Positions 20,851 to 29,862 of a DNA stretch of 64,000 bases are shown here, one piece after another. The stretch is from an uncultured Chromatiaceae bacterium (GTDB lineage Bacteria; Pseudomonadota; Gammaproteobacteria; Enterobacterales; Alteromonadaceae). The stretch covers positions 28,126 through 92,125 of the forward strand of contig CAXBHB010000011.1 in NCBI GenBank assembly GCA_963975465.1, given 5' to 3'. Position numbers and translations under genes: made by a program. The stretch's first letter is position 1; each line of letters starts with the position of its first letter. The notes under the pieces are model-generated. The model made no database searches. It was not told the origin of the DNA and worked only from the letters and a program-made list of their open reading frames with translations.

Positions 20851-22677
20851 ATGGAAATCGCTGAAGTCACAACTTTTTTAGCTGCAACAACACCCTTCGA
20901 CCAGCTCGATTCGGCTCAGTTGGCCCGCCTGGCCGATAACATCAGTGTTTACTATTGTCAGCAGGGCGAAACAGTACAAGTCAGCCCGGAGCGGCTGATG
21001 ATAGTGCGAACCGGTATTTTTGCGCTTTACAGCGATCAGCAAACGCTGCTGAGCAAACTGGAGCAAGGTGACTTTTATGGCTATCAGTTGCTGTTAACCG
21101 GGCTGTCCGATAATGACCAACTTATATGTGAAGAAGACGCGCTGATTTACTGGTTAACTGCAGAAAGCTTTCATCAACTGCGTTATCAGTATAAAAATAT
21201 CGATATTTTCTTTCAGCGTTTATTTAGCCGGCGCCTGCATCAGTACAAAGCGCAACAGCAACATTCCCGCTTTACCCTGAAAATCAGCGATATTGCCCAA
21301 CCACGTAAAATTGCGATAAGTGGTGAGCAAAGCGTGCAGCAAGCAGCCAGTTTAATGACCGAGAAACGGGTATCCTCACTGCTGGTCGAGCAAGACGATC
21401 AGCTTATTGGTATTATTACCGACCGCGATTTACGCAGTCGGGTACTGGCGGACAACTTACCGGCCAGCACAGCCATCAGCCAGGTGATGACAGCCAAACC
21501 CCATACTATTGATAAGCATGCTTATTTGTTTGAAGCCGTGCAACTGATGAGCCGGCACAACATCCACCATTTACCGGTGCTGGACAAACAAAAAAGCTAT
21601 TCGATGATTACGGCGACCGATATTATCCGCTCACAACAAGACCACCCGGTATACCTGATTGGCGAGATCCACCGCCAGACCAGTGTTGATGGGTTGGAGA
21701 ACTGTGCCGGCCAGATCAGTGGTCTGGCGCTAACGCTGGGCAAGCAGCAGGTACCGGCCCATGAGGCAGGCCATATAATCACGACGATTACCGACGCCCT
21801 GACCCAACGCCTGATTAAGCTGGCACAGATTGAACTGGGCGCGCCGCCCTGCGTCTTCAGCTGGCTGGCTTTCGGCTCTCAGGGCCGGATGGATCAAAGT
21901 CTGAATGCCGATCAGGACAATGCGTTGCTGCTGGAAAAAGAGCCGGTTGGTGAGGTGGCCGATTACTTTGCAGCCCTGGCCGACTTTGTCTGCCAGGGAT
22001 TAGCCCGATGCGGTATTGTGTTGTGCCCGGGCAATATTATGGCGTCAAACAAAGCGCTGCGTTTAAGTTTAAAAGGCTGGTCCGGCCATTTTGCCAAGTG
22101 GATCAGCACCCCTACTCCGGAGGCATTACTCAAATCAAGTATCTTTTTTGACTTGCGGGTTATTGAAGGGAGCAAAGGCCTTTTTAATGCATTGCAACAA
22201 GACATTCTGGCTAAAACCAGTAACAACGCATTGTTCTTATATCATCTGGCACAAACTGCGCTGCAGCGCAGTGCGCCGTTAAGCTTTCTGCGAAACTTTA
22301 TTCTGGAACACGACGGTAAACAGAAAAAAGGGCTGGATCTCAAAAAACGCGGTATCAGTCTGATCACAGATATTGTACGGGTTTATGCCCTGTCTGCCGG
22401 GATTAGTGAGATTAATACCCGTCAGCGCCTGATTCAACTGGCAGCCAGTGGTGTGATGGATAGCAAAGACACCCAGAACCTGTCAGATGCATTTGATGTA
22501 TTGGCCCAATTGCGTTGGGACAAACACCAGCATGATCTTAGTCAGGGACATGATGTCAGCAATTTGCTTGATCCACAGGTATTGTCTGGCTTACAGCGGC
22601 ATCAACTGAAAGATAGTCTTACCGTGATCAATGACGCCCAGTCATCGTTAAAACAACGGTTTTGCCGGGAGTTATAA
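20851..22677 (+). CDS. cNMP-binding / tandem-CBS / DUF294 (GlnD-like) nucleotidyltransferase signal-transduction protein
   Basis: 608 aa. It has an N-terminal cyclic-nucleotide-binding-like fold and a CBS pair (VSSLLVE..LIGIITDRDL ; HNIHHLPVLD). A pol-beta NTase signature, FGSQGRMDQSLNADQDNALLL, is encoded at 21871-21921, followed by a DUF294_C-like tail. Confidence 0.8.
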   Translation: MEIAEVTTFLAATTPFDQLDSAQLARLADNISVYYCQQGETVQVSPERLMIVRTGIFALYSDQQTLLSKLEQGDFYGYQLLLTGLSDNDQLICEEDALIYWLTAESFHQLRYQYKNIDIFFQRLFSRRLHQYKAQQQHSRFTLKISDIAQPRKIAISGEQSVQQAASLMTEKRVSSLLVEQDDQLIGIITDRDLRSRVLADNLPASTAISQVMTAKPHTIDKHAYLFEAVQLMSRHNIHHLPVLDKQKSYSMITATDIIRSQQDHPVYLIGEIHRQTSVDGLENCAGQISGLALTLGKQQVPAHEAGHIITTITDALTQRLIKLAQIELGAPPCVFSWLAFGSQGRMDQSLNADQDNALLLEKEPVGEVADYFAALADFVCQGLARCGIVLCPGNIMASNKALRLSLKGWSGHFAKWISTPTPEALLKSSIFFDLRVIEGSKGLFNALQQDILAKTSNNALFLYHLAQTALQRSAPLSFLRNFILEHDGKQKKGLDLKKRGISLITDIVRVYALSAGISEINTRQRLIQLAASGVMDSKDTQNLSDAFDVLAQLRWDKHQHDLSQGHDVSNLLDPQVLSGLQRHQLKDSLTVINDAQSSLKQRFCREL

Positions 22678-22679
22678 TC

Positions 22680-23342
22680 ATGCTGGCCTGGCTACAGAAT
22701 AAGCATACTCCGCTAAGTCATCTTGTGCAGGCATTCAATAAGACTACTGTGCCGGCAGGTTCTGTCCGCGCCGCCGACTGCCCATTTCTGATTATAGATT
22801 TAGAGCTTACCGGTTTAAACGCCAGGCAGGATCATATTGTCAGCCTGGGTTGGGTGCCCGTTCGCCAGCATGAAATAATACTTGGCGAAGCCCGCCACTA
22901 TCTGGTTAACAGTCCGGTTGGTGTAGGCCAGAGTGCGATATTTCACGGCTTGCACGATAAAGATTTTGCCAAAGCCCACGAGCTGACTGAGGTGCTGGCT
23001 GAATTGCTGCAGCGCTATGCCGGTTACGTTTTTGTCGCTCATCATTGTCAACTGGATCAGCGATTTTTAGAAGTTGCCAGCCAGCGTATTTTTGGCAAAA
23101 CGGCAAAATTCAGCTTTATTGATACGCTGAATATTGAACTGTATCGCCTGCACAAACAGGGTATCGTGATGAAAAAAGATGCGTTGCGCCTGCCCCAGTG
23201 TTTGCAACGCCATAAATTACCACAAAGTCATCAGCACCATGCGCTGGCTGATGCATACAGTTGTGGCTTGTTGCTACTAAGCCAGTTAAAGCACAGCCAT
23301 GCCGATATCACACTGGCCGACTTACAGTTGCAAAGCCGCTGA
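22680..23342 (+). CDS. DEDDh 3'-5' exonuclease (DnaQ/epsilon-like domain protein)
   Basis: Exo motifs are present: FLIIDLELTGL (ExoI), VAHHCQLDQRFL (ExoII) and HHALADAYSCG (ExoIII, DEDDh). The ATG at 22680 lies 2 nt after the DUF294 stop codon, with GGGAG upstream. Confidence 0.8.
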   Translation: MLAWLQNKHTPLSHLVQAFNKTTVPAGSVRAADCPFLIIDLELTGLNARQDHIVSLGWVPVRQHEIILGEARHYLVNSPVGVGQSAIFHGLHDKDFAKAHELTEVLAELLQRYAGYVFVAHHCQLDQRFLEVASQRIFGKTAKFSFIDTLNIELYRLHKQGIVMKKDALRLPQCLQRHKLPQSHQHHALADAYSCGLLLLSQLKHSHADITLADLQLQSR

Positions 23343-23367
23343 CAAGTGCTTAATCCCGGAAACGGTA

Positions 23368-24951
23368 TTACATCCAGGCTTTGTTACTGCACTGCAATTG
23401 ATATAAGCCCTGCTCCCGCAGCGTGTTACCTTCAGCCGCTAAAATAAACGGGATTTCCAGTGAACCGGACGCCAGGACCAGCTTAACCGAACACAAACCG
23501 GCGCGGCGCATTAGCCAACTTTGTTTAAACTGCACCTGCTGCAGTTTATATTTGGCAAAACAGTAATGATCAACCCCAAAATAACCCCGGCGAATATAGC
23601 AATAACTGTCATCCTGCGCATAGCCATAACGGTACCAGCGCATAACTATGAGCAGTGCCCAGAACGCCAGAGGTAACAGACTGCATAGCGCCAGTAACGG
23701 ATATTGTTGGCGCCACAATAGCAACGGCACCGTTAGCGCTACCGGTAACCAGTACAATAAAAAGTACCGCCATAAAAAGCGCCGACTTATCTGCCTGAAA
23801 CTGAGATGGTTTAATTGATTATCCGGGTAGGCATCGTCCAGCAAGCTCTGCGCCTCAGCAGGTGTAACCGATGGCACCATAATTTTCTGAGCGGTAGCAA
23901 ATTGTTGCTGCTGCCCATTTATTTGCTCAAAACGCAGGTTTACCCGGCCCAGCAGCATATCAAGCCAATCGCGTTTCAGTGCCACCCATTGCAACCGCGA
24001 CAATTTCATGCCGACTTCATGCCGGGTCAGCAGACCACTGCGCCGGATATAGTTACCTTGCTTTTTATGTAAGGTAAAACCATAAAACGACAGTACCGCA
24101 CCGAAAATTGAGAACAAGGTAAACAACAACATAATAATCATGGTAAATGACAAGGCATACAGGCCTATGACTAACCATGACTGCTGGCCCGGGTCAAACA
24201 TGGCGGCTAAATCAATACCAGCCGTTAACAACAAATCCAGTATTTTATCGGCCAGCTGGTTGTAAAATGGCGCTGCCAGGCCCAAAAACAGCCAGATCCG
24301 GTTATTGCTAATGCCATGGATAATTAAATCACCGAGGCTACGTTGATTTAACAGCTGTTCCGGATGGGTCGTTGCATCTGGTGCTGTTGGCTGTGCTGCA
24401 GCCGGACTGCTATCCCCCGACGCTACATCACGTATATCCAGAATATGCTGTTTAAGTGCTTCTGCAAACGGTCGGCGCAACGCCACCAACCGGGCTTCTT
24501 GCCTAACCGACCCAGCCGTATCTAGCTGCAGGCAGACAAAATCGCCAGGACGGTAAAACAGCGGCTGCTCCAACTTAATATTCTGGATCCGGCTAAATGG
24601 CAGGTTAAGGTACTTTTTACTCAGCACCCCGGAGCGAATTTCAACCGTACCAGCCGATAAGCGATACTGAAAATAATAAAACTTTAACAATGCCGATATG
24701 CTGACTAACAACAGTAAGCCAGTTGCCAGCCCTAACGCCAGGCCGGAGTTATCCTTAATCCGGTTAAACAGCAATATAATCGGGGGGATCAAATACACAA
24801 ACTGGCCGATAAAAAACCGCAGTACCGCCACAAAAAAATATAAAATACCGATTGGCGAGACTCGTTGCCAGTGGGCCTGGGTTACCGGTTGGCTGAGTTG
24901 CGGCAGCGTTCCGTCTGCCGGCTCATTATTGCTGCTCATCTTGCTGGGCAT
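23368..24951 (-). CDS. membrane protein with three bacterial PH (bPH_2/DUF304) domains, YdbT-like
   Basis: 527 aa. It has TM hairpins alternating with repeated bPH_2-like modules, for example GTVEIRSGVLSKKYLNLPFSRIQNIKLEQPLFYRP. Confidence 0.75.
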   Translation of the reverse strand: MPSKMSSNNEPADGTLPQLSQPVTQAHWQRVSPIGILYFFVAVLRFFIGQFVYLIPPIILLFNRIKDNSGLALGLATGLLLLVSISALLKFYYFQYRLSAGTVEIRSGVLSKKYLNLPFSRIQNIKLEQPLFYRPGDFVCLQLDTAGSVRQEARLVALRRPFAEALKQHILDIRDVASGDSSPAAAQPTAPDATTHPEQLLNQRSLGDLIIHGISNNRIWLFLGLAAPFYNQLADKILDLLLTAGIDLAAMFDPGQQSWLVIGLYALSFTMIIMLLFTLFSIFGAVLSFYGFTLHKKQGNYIRRSGLLTRHEVGMKLSRLQWVALKRDWLDMLLGRVNLRFEQINGQQQQFATAQKIMVPSVTPAEAQSLLDDAYPDNQLNHLSFRQISRRFLWRYFLLYWLPVALTVPLLLWRQQYPLLALCSLLPLAFWALLIVMRWYRYGYAQDDSYCYIRRGYFGVDHYCFAKYKLQQVQFKQSWLMRRAGLCSVKLVLASGSLEIPFILAAEGNTLREQGLYQLQCSNKAWM

Positions 24952-25477
24952 CCTTGTGCTGCAATACGAACTGGCGAATTTGCTGAGCTTGCTCTAACGG
25001 CAAACCGCGTATTTCAAAGGTGTGCAAGGCGCCACCTGCACTAAAAAGCTGCAGCCGGGCCAGCTCTGTTTTACGCTCTAACGGCCCTTGTTTTAATTCA
25101 ATATGCTGCACCCGCACGACCGGCTGGGTAATAACTTTTCGAAAAAAAATGCCAGAGCTATAACTGATATCGTGCTCCCGTAACGCAAAGTGCTTATGAT
25201 TGTCAGCCTGCCAGCAATACAATGCCCGTATCACTCCCAGCAGCGGCCAAAGCCACAGCGCATGCTTTACAAATACCATCGACGTAACGGGTAATTCATG
25301 CCAGGGCTGCAGCCACAGCATCAGCAGTACCAGCCAAACCAGACTGAAAACGGCCAGGTTAACGCCCTGGCGCAACAATTGAAAGTGCCTGGAAATGGGC
25401 TGAAGCTGCAAGCTGGCTAATGGCGTTAACTGACCAGCGCTAAGTTGCAGATTGCTAAAATCACTGGGTTCAGTCAT
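24926..25477 (-). CDS. membrane protein with a single bPH_2 domain, YdbS-like
   Basis: It has a TM hairpin plus one bPH_2 module (ISYSSGIFFRKVITQPVVRVQHIELKQGPLERK). It overlaps the YdbT-like gene by 26 nt. The start is set at ATG 25475-25477. Confidence 0.7.
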   Translation of the reverse strand: MTEPSDFSNLQLSAGQLTPLASLQLQPISRHFQLLRQGVNLAVFSLVWLVLLMLWLQPWHELPVTSMVFVKHALWLWPLLGVIRALYCWQADNHKHFALREHDISYSSGIFFRKVITQPVVRVQHIELKQGPLERKTELARLQLFSAGGALHTFEIRGLPLEQAQQIRQFVLQHKDAQQDEQQ

Positions 25478-25481
25478 TGAT

Positions 25482-25964
25482 TTAATCCGGCATTTCAGGG
25501 TTAACACCCGGCCGTAACTTCACCTGCAGCCCCTTTAAAAAGTTGCGCATAACCTGATCCTGACAAGCGCGAAAATGCTTATGATCAGCCCGGCGAAAAA
25601 ATGCACTTAATTCAGGCTTACTCAGCCGGAAATCTGCCATGGTCATCACGCTCAGAATATCGTCATCTTTAAAATCCAGAGCAATTTTCAGCTTACGTAA
25701 AATAATATTGTTGTTAAGCCGCTGCTCTGGTTCAGGTTGCGGGCCTTCTTTCCGGCCCCGTTTATGCACAATAAGGCCATTCAGAAACCTGGCAAGGTCA
25801 ATATCGGCCATGGCGCCAAAATCGCTGTCATCATCTTTGCTCAACCAGCCAATCATTTGTTCACGGCTTGGCGTCTGCCCGCCAAGTGCCACAATATCGC
25901 TCATGGTACTGTTATTGTATTCAAAGGCATACCGCAAGCGGCGCAACACGTCATTATTTGTCAC
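25482..25964 (-). CDS. DUF1456 protein (YehS-like)
   Basis: It contains two DUF1456 repeats (NDVLRRLRYAFEYNN... and NNIILRKLKIALDFKDDD...). The start is set at GTG 25962-25964 with AGGAA upstream, giving a length close to that of E. coli YehS (from memory). Confidence 0.75.
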   Translation of the reverse strand: MTNNDVLRRLRYAFEYNNSTMSDIVALGGQTPSREQMIGWLSKDDDSDFGAMADIDLARFLNGLIVHKRGRKEGPQPEPEQRLNNNIILRKLKIALDFKDDDILSVMTMADFRLSKPELSAFFRRADHKHFRACQDQVMRNFLKGLQVKLRPGVNPEMPD

Positions 25965-25987
25965 AGTGCATTCCTGTTCTGGGCTGT

Positions 25988-26016
25988 AAAACAACAAAAG
26001 GCGCAGAACGCGCCCT
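25988..26016 (-). terminator. probable rho-independent terminator after efp
   Basis: On the minus strand: agggcgcg-ttc-tgcgcct followed by tttgttgtttt. Confidence 0.5.
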
Positions 26017-26038
26017 CTGTTATTGTTAACGTGCGAAA

Positions 26039-26599
26039 TTACTTCGCGCGGCTACGGTATTCATCAGTACGGGTGTCAATTTCGATTTTGTCACCAATTT
26101 CGACAAACGCCGGTACCATCAATTCAAAACCGGTATCCAGTTTAGCGGGCTTCATCACTTTACCAGAGGTATCACCTTTAGCAGCCGGTTCGGTGTAAAC
26201 CACTTCACGTACTACAACAGTCGGTAAATCTACTGAAATAGCCCGCTCGTTGTAGAACACCACTGAACACTCCATACCGTCGGTCAGGTATTTCAGCGCT
26301 TCAGTCATGTTTTCGGCTTCAATTTCATACTGGTTGTATTCAGAATCCATAAATACATACATTGGATCTGAGAAATAAGAATAGGTAACTTCTTTAGTTT
26401 CCAGCAGAACCTGCTCAAACTTGTCATCAGCACGGTATACCGTTTCCATACCCTGAGCATTAAGCAGGTTTTTCATTTTCATTTTAACAACGGCAGAGTT
26501 ACGGCCAGATTTGTTAAACTCGGCTTTTAAAATCACCATTGGTTCAGTGCCAACCATAATAACCTGACCGGCGCGCAGTTCTTGGGCTGTTTTCATCAT
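26039..26599 (-). CDS. efp: elongation factor P, Arg-loop (EarP-modified) type
   Basis: 186 aa. The modification loop reads [12 protein letters not shown], with Arg where lysylated EF-P has Lys. The gene is adjacent to earP. Confidence 0.95.
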   Translation of the reverse strand: MMKTAQELRAGQVIMVGTEPMVILKAEFNKSGRNSAVVKMKMKNLLNAQGMETVYRADDKFEQVLLETKEVTYSYFSDPMYVFMDSEYNQYEIEAENMTEALKYLTDGMECSVVFYNERAISVDLPTVVVREVVYTEPAAKGDTSGKVMKPAKLDTGFELMVPAFVEIGDKIEIDTRTDEYRSRAK

Positions 26600-26612
26600 T
26601 ATTGAAATATCT

Positions 26613-27830
26613 TCATTGTTGGGAAAAATTGGGCGTTATTATAAATTTTTTTTTGGCAAAGTGCACGAGGTTGCTGGCAAGATCTCCATTTGCCAGTAAT
26701 TGTTGGCGCCATAACTGATTATAAGCCGTAATTTCAGGTAATAACGGGTAGAGTTCCTGCCAGCAATGGCTAAGTTCCTGCTCCGTATTCCAGGCCAGAT
26801 AAAACTGTTGCACCGCGCTGGCCAATGCTGCTGGCATCTGCTGACAATAACGGGCCAGAAAAGCCTGTAGCTTAACTAAATGGGCATTTTCCTGCTGGCG
26901 GTAAATTTGCCAGACAAATGGCTGCCCCGCCCAGTGCGCCCGGATAATAGAGTCTTCGCCCCGGACAAAATTCAAATCGCAGGCCCGCAACAGTAAATCG
27001 TAATCAGGTTGGGCCAGAAATGGCATAATTTTTAAGCTCAGTGAATTTAACTGCAATGTCTTACCTTCGCCAAGCAACGAATACTGGGTAATCAACTGTT
27101 GTGCCAGCTCACCCTGCGGTATTACGCACAATACATTGTGCGGCAACTGTTGCCACTGCTGCAACAAGTCAGTGAACTGGCTGTGGCTGTAGGCAAACAT
27201 GGAGATTTTCAGCGGGAAGTCTGCGCTTTCAATGCCCAGCTGCTGCCAGAAATCTTGCTGCGCGGGCTTATTATGATAAAAACGGTCAAGCTTTGCCTGC
27301 AATTCACGCTCGTAGAGTAAGCCTCCGGTTTTATCGGTAAAACCCGGGAAAAAGAAGTATTTGTCCAGCCCAGTTTGCGGCTGTGGCGAATTGAGTCCAT
27401 GACAGCCCTCCACCCAGGGCTCTGCCGATAAATACTCCAGATTGAGCCACAGCGGCTGCGGTTGCTGCGTCGCCATTTGTTGCTGATAACGAACAGGAAT
27501 ATTGCAGGCAAGCGCTTCAATCACCACCGCAGCCGGCGATAACTGCTGCCAGAATAAAGCCGCATCATCCTGCTCAGTCCACAGTAAAATTTCAACCCCA
27601 AACAATGTTTGCTGACGCATCTCAGGCATAATTTGTGGGCAGATCCGCTGAAAACTAGGTAAGTCATCAACCCATAAATGGACACAAATGCCGTGCTCTG
27701 CCGCCAGTTGCCGGCTTAACCGCCAACAAATACCAATGTCACCAAAGTTATCGACCACTGAGCAAAATATCCGCCATATAGCAGGTTGATCACTCTTGCT
27801 AGGGTGTTGCACACTATCTGACTGTTGCAA
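26613..27830 (-). CDS. earP: EF-P arginine rhamnosyltransferase EarP
   Basis: 405 aa with [46 protein letters not shown] and [11 protein letters not shown]. These match the EarP (DUF2331) family as I remember it from Pseudomonas and Shewanella. Confidence 0.9.
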   Translation of the reverse strand: MQQSDSVQHPSKSDQPAIWRIFCSVVDNFGDIGICWRLSRQLAAEHGICVHLWVDDLPSFQRICPQIMPEMRQQTLFGVEILLWTEQDDAALFWQQLSPAAVVIEALACNIPVRYQQQMATQQPQPLWLNLEYLSAEPWVEGCHGLNSPQPQTGLDKYFFFPGFTDKTGGLLYERELQAKLDRFYHNKPAQQDFWQQLGIESADFPLKISMFAYSHSQFTDLLQQWQQLPHNVLCVIPQGELAQQLITQYSLLGEGKTLQLNSLSLKIMPFLAQPDYDLLLRACDLNFVRGEDSIIRAHWAGQPFVWQIYRQQENAHLVKLQAFLARYCQQMPAALASAVQQFYLAWNTEQELSHCWQELYPLLPEITAYNQLWRQQLLANGDLASNLVHFAKKKFIITPNFSQQ

Positions 27831-27857
27831 AAGGCTGCCTTTACACCGGTTAGAACA

Positions 27858-28217
27858 TTAGGACGCTATTATACCTAGCGCCACCCGGGAAAAAAGCCAC
27901 ATTATAATGATAAACAACACGGTAACCAGCCACGCCAGCAACCATTGCAGAATATAACGCAAACGACTTAGCAGTTTGCCGGTAAAACCGGCAGCCGGCA
28001 TATCGGCTGTGCGCTGAGCAAATAACACATTCAGCAGGACAACGTTCAGAAAAAAAGTGAACGAAACCAAAGCCATCAACTGCCAGCGCTGGCTTTGCTC
28101 AACAGGCGCCAGTAACAGTAAGTAAGCTAGCCAGCACACGCTGACCAGCGCTAAAAGTAACCACAGCGGCTGAAAAAGCCGAAGCTTAGCGGCTACAACA
28201 TAGTAAAAATTCAACAT
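27858..28217 (-). CDS. hypothetical small polytopic membrane protein
   Basis: 119 aa with 3-4 hydrophobic segments. Its ATG overlaps the upstream gene's stop codon (ATGTTGA). No family recognised. Confidence 0.5.
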   Translation of the reverse strand: MLNFYYVVAAKLRLFQPLWLLLALVSVCWLAYLLLLAPVEQSQRWQLMALVSFTFFLNVVLLNVLFAQRTADMPAAGFTGKLLSRLRYILQWLLAWLVTVLFIIIMWLFSRVALGIIAS

Positions 28218-28744
28218 GGCCTGCCCTCTTCCGCAATCAGCGCTGGCGGATACAAAGGCAGAAGACCTGACTCACCAGCCATATCACCAACCAGCCAAAT
28301 CTGGCTGAACGGGTGTGTTTTTGGCATATGCAGTTTGTCGCGGTGCGACTGCAGATCCTGGCGGGTCCACAGCGGGTTGGCATTGCGTATCACCAACCAG
28401 ACTTGTTCGCTTTGATAGTGTTTTTCGGCTTTATTACTGATAATCCGGTTTAGCGCGGTTAACAGCCGGCTTTCAGGTGGTGTGCGCAACAATGCCATCA
28501 TTTCCCGATGGGTCTGAGGACTTAACGCTCTGCCTAAAATGTGCATGGCTTCTACTTCACTACCATACAAATGGGCAATTTCTAAATCGAGCTTAGTCTC
28601 GTTGTAATAACAGGACACATCGGGTCGCGCTGGCTCATTGTGCCATATATGACGCATTTTAATCCCATAGTGTTGCTGATACAGTCGCATAAAGATGCGG
28701 GCTGCCTCATGTTCCAGCTTTAATTTTTCTTCAGCACCGTTCAT
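28211..28744 (-). CDS. hypothetical soluble protein (weak PD-(D/E)xK-like string, unconfirmed)
   Basis: 177 aa with an AAGG Shine-Dalgarno sequence upstream. It contains ..ARPDVSCYYNETKLDLEIAH.. (PD ... ExK-like). No family recognised from memory. Confidence 0.5.
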   Translation of the reverse strand: MNGAEEKLKLEHEAARIFMRLYQQHYGIKMRHIWHNEPARPDVSCYYNETKLDLEIAHLYGSEVEAMHILGRALSPQTHREMMALLRTPPESRLLTALNRIISNKAEKHYQSEQVWLVIRNANPLWTRQDLQSHRDKLHMPKTHPFSQIWLVGDMAGESGLLPLYPPALIAEEGRPC

Positions 28745-28763
28745 AGCGCTTACCTTAGCAGCG

Positions 28764-29387
28764 TTATGTTGCCGCTGTGAAGTAGTAGCGCCATAATTCC
28801 AGCAATACAGGAATTACCGATAACAACAATATGACACCCATACAGATATTAAACAGCCGCTGTAATATCGGTTTTGTCAGAACATTGCGCAGACCGGCAC
28901 CAAATACCAGCCAGATACCAACACAGGGAAACGCCACGACTAAAAATGCCAGGGTAATTATCATAACCTGATACCAGTAAACACCGGTGACTGAGGTAAA
29001 CGCCGCCACTGCACCTGAAGCCATTACCCAGGCTTTACCATTTACCCACTGAAACAACGCCGCCTGGATAAAACTAAAGGGTTTACTCTTGCCGGTGGCG
29101 ATAGTTTCTGGCCGGGCACTGGCAATCCGCCAGGCCAGCCACAGTAAATACGCTGTACCCAGTATTTTTATCAACTGATGTAAATGCGGGAAACGTTCGA
29201 AAACCACGCCAAAACCCAGCCCGACCAACAACACCATCAATGGAAAACCAATACAGATCCCCAGCCAGTGTGGCACGCTCTGCCTGATACCATAGTTAAC
29301 GCCGGATGACATGATCATCACATTATTCGGACCAGGGGTAATGGTCGTGGAAACCGCAAAAAATAATACTGCCAAAAACAAGTCCAT
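28764..29387 (-). CDS. LysE/RhtB-family amino-acid exporter
   Basis: 207 aa with six TM segments and the N-terminal motif TPGPNNVMIMSSGVNYG typical of the LysE/RhtB family. Confidence 0.85.
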   Translation of the reverse strand: MDLFLAVLFFAVSTTITPGPNNVMIMSSGVNYGIRQSVPHWLGICIGFPLMVLLVGLGFGVVFERFPHLHQLIKILGTAYLLWLAWRIASARPETIATGKSKPFSFIQAALFQWVNGKAWVMASGAVAAFTSVTGVYWYQVMIITLAFLVVAFPCVGIWLVFGAGLRNVLTKPILQRLFNICMGVILLLSVIPVLLELWRYYFTAAT

Positions 29388-29589
29388 ACCTTACCTCAGC
29401 TGATCAACAACCCTTTGAACGGCGATAATAACAGAGTCACTACCTCTGCAAACCGGAATTCAACATTAAATTTAGATAATTGATATTGGTTACATTACCG
29501 AAATTTAACTTTTAAGCGACTTTATAACATACTGATTTGCTTTCATTAAATAAGTAGCTAAACTGGTGTGGATAACAAAGGAGAAGGTT

Positions 29590-29784
29590 ATGAATAAAAT
29601 AATTGGTTTAGCGTTATTAGTTGTGGGTGCGGTACTACTTTATTTTGGCTACAACGCCTTTAACTCGGTGGAATCAGAGGTTAGTGAATTTGTTACCGGT
29701 AGTCCGAGCGACAATGCCGTCTGGTATCTGGTTGGTGGAGCAGTGGCAGCGATTATTGGTATTGGGGTCATACTTAAAAAGTAA
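29590..29784 (+). CDS. small two-TM membrane protein (DUF3185-like)
   Basis: The ATG at 29590 is preceded by AAAGGAG. The sequence is MNKIIGLALLVVGAVLLYFGY...GGAVAAIIGIGVILKK. Confidence 0.6.
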   Translation: MNKIIGLALLVVGAVLLYFGYNAFNSVESEVSEFVTGSPSDNAVWYLVGGAVAAIIGIGVILKK

Positions 29785-29814
29785 CAGTAAGTATTAATAG
29801 TTATCATCTTCATC

Positions 29815-29848
29815 AAAAACCAAAGGCCACAAATGTGGCCTTTGTTTT
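29815..29848. terminator. bidirectional rho-independent terminator between the DUF3185-like gene and glnS
   Basis: aaaaac-caaaggccaca-aa-tgtggcctttg-tttt. Confidence 0.8.
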
Positions 29849-29862
29849 AGAAAAAATACTGA

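Noticed and set aside
25737-26198. A 153-aa plus-strand ORF spanning the DUF1456 gene, the intergenic terminator and the 3' end of efp.
   Set aside because: It runs antisense to two well-supported genes and crosses a terminator hairpin. There are no coding signals.
29567-29575. A perfect DnaA box (TGTGGATAA, the reverse complement of TTATCCACA) upstream of the DUF3185-like gene.
   Set aside because: It is a single 9-mer with no cluster of boxes, no AT-rich unwinding element and no GATC enrichment nearby. A lone occurrence in 64 kb is expected by chance.
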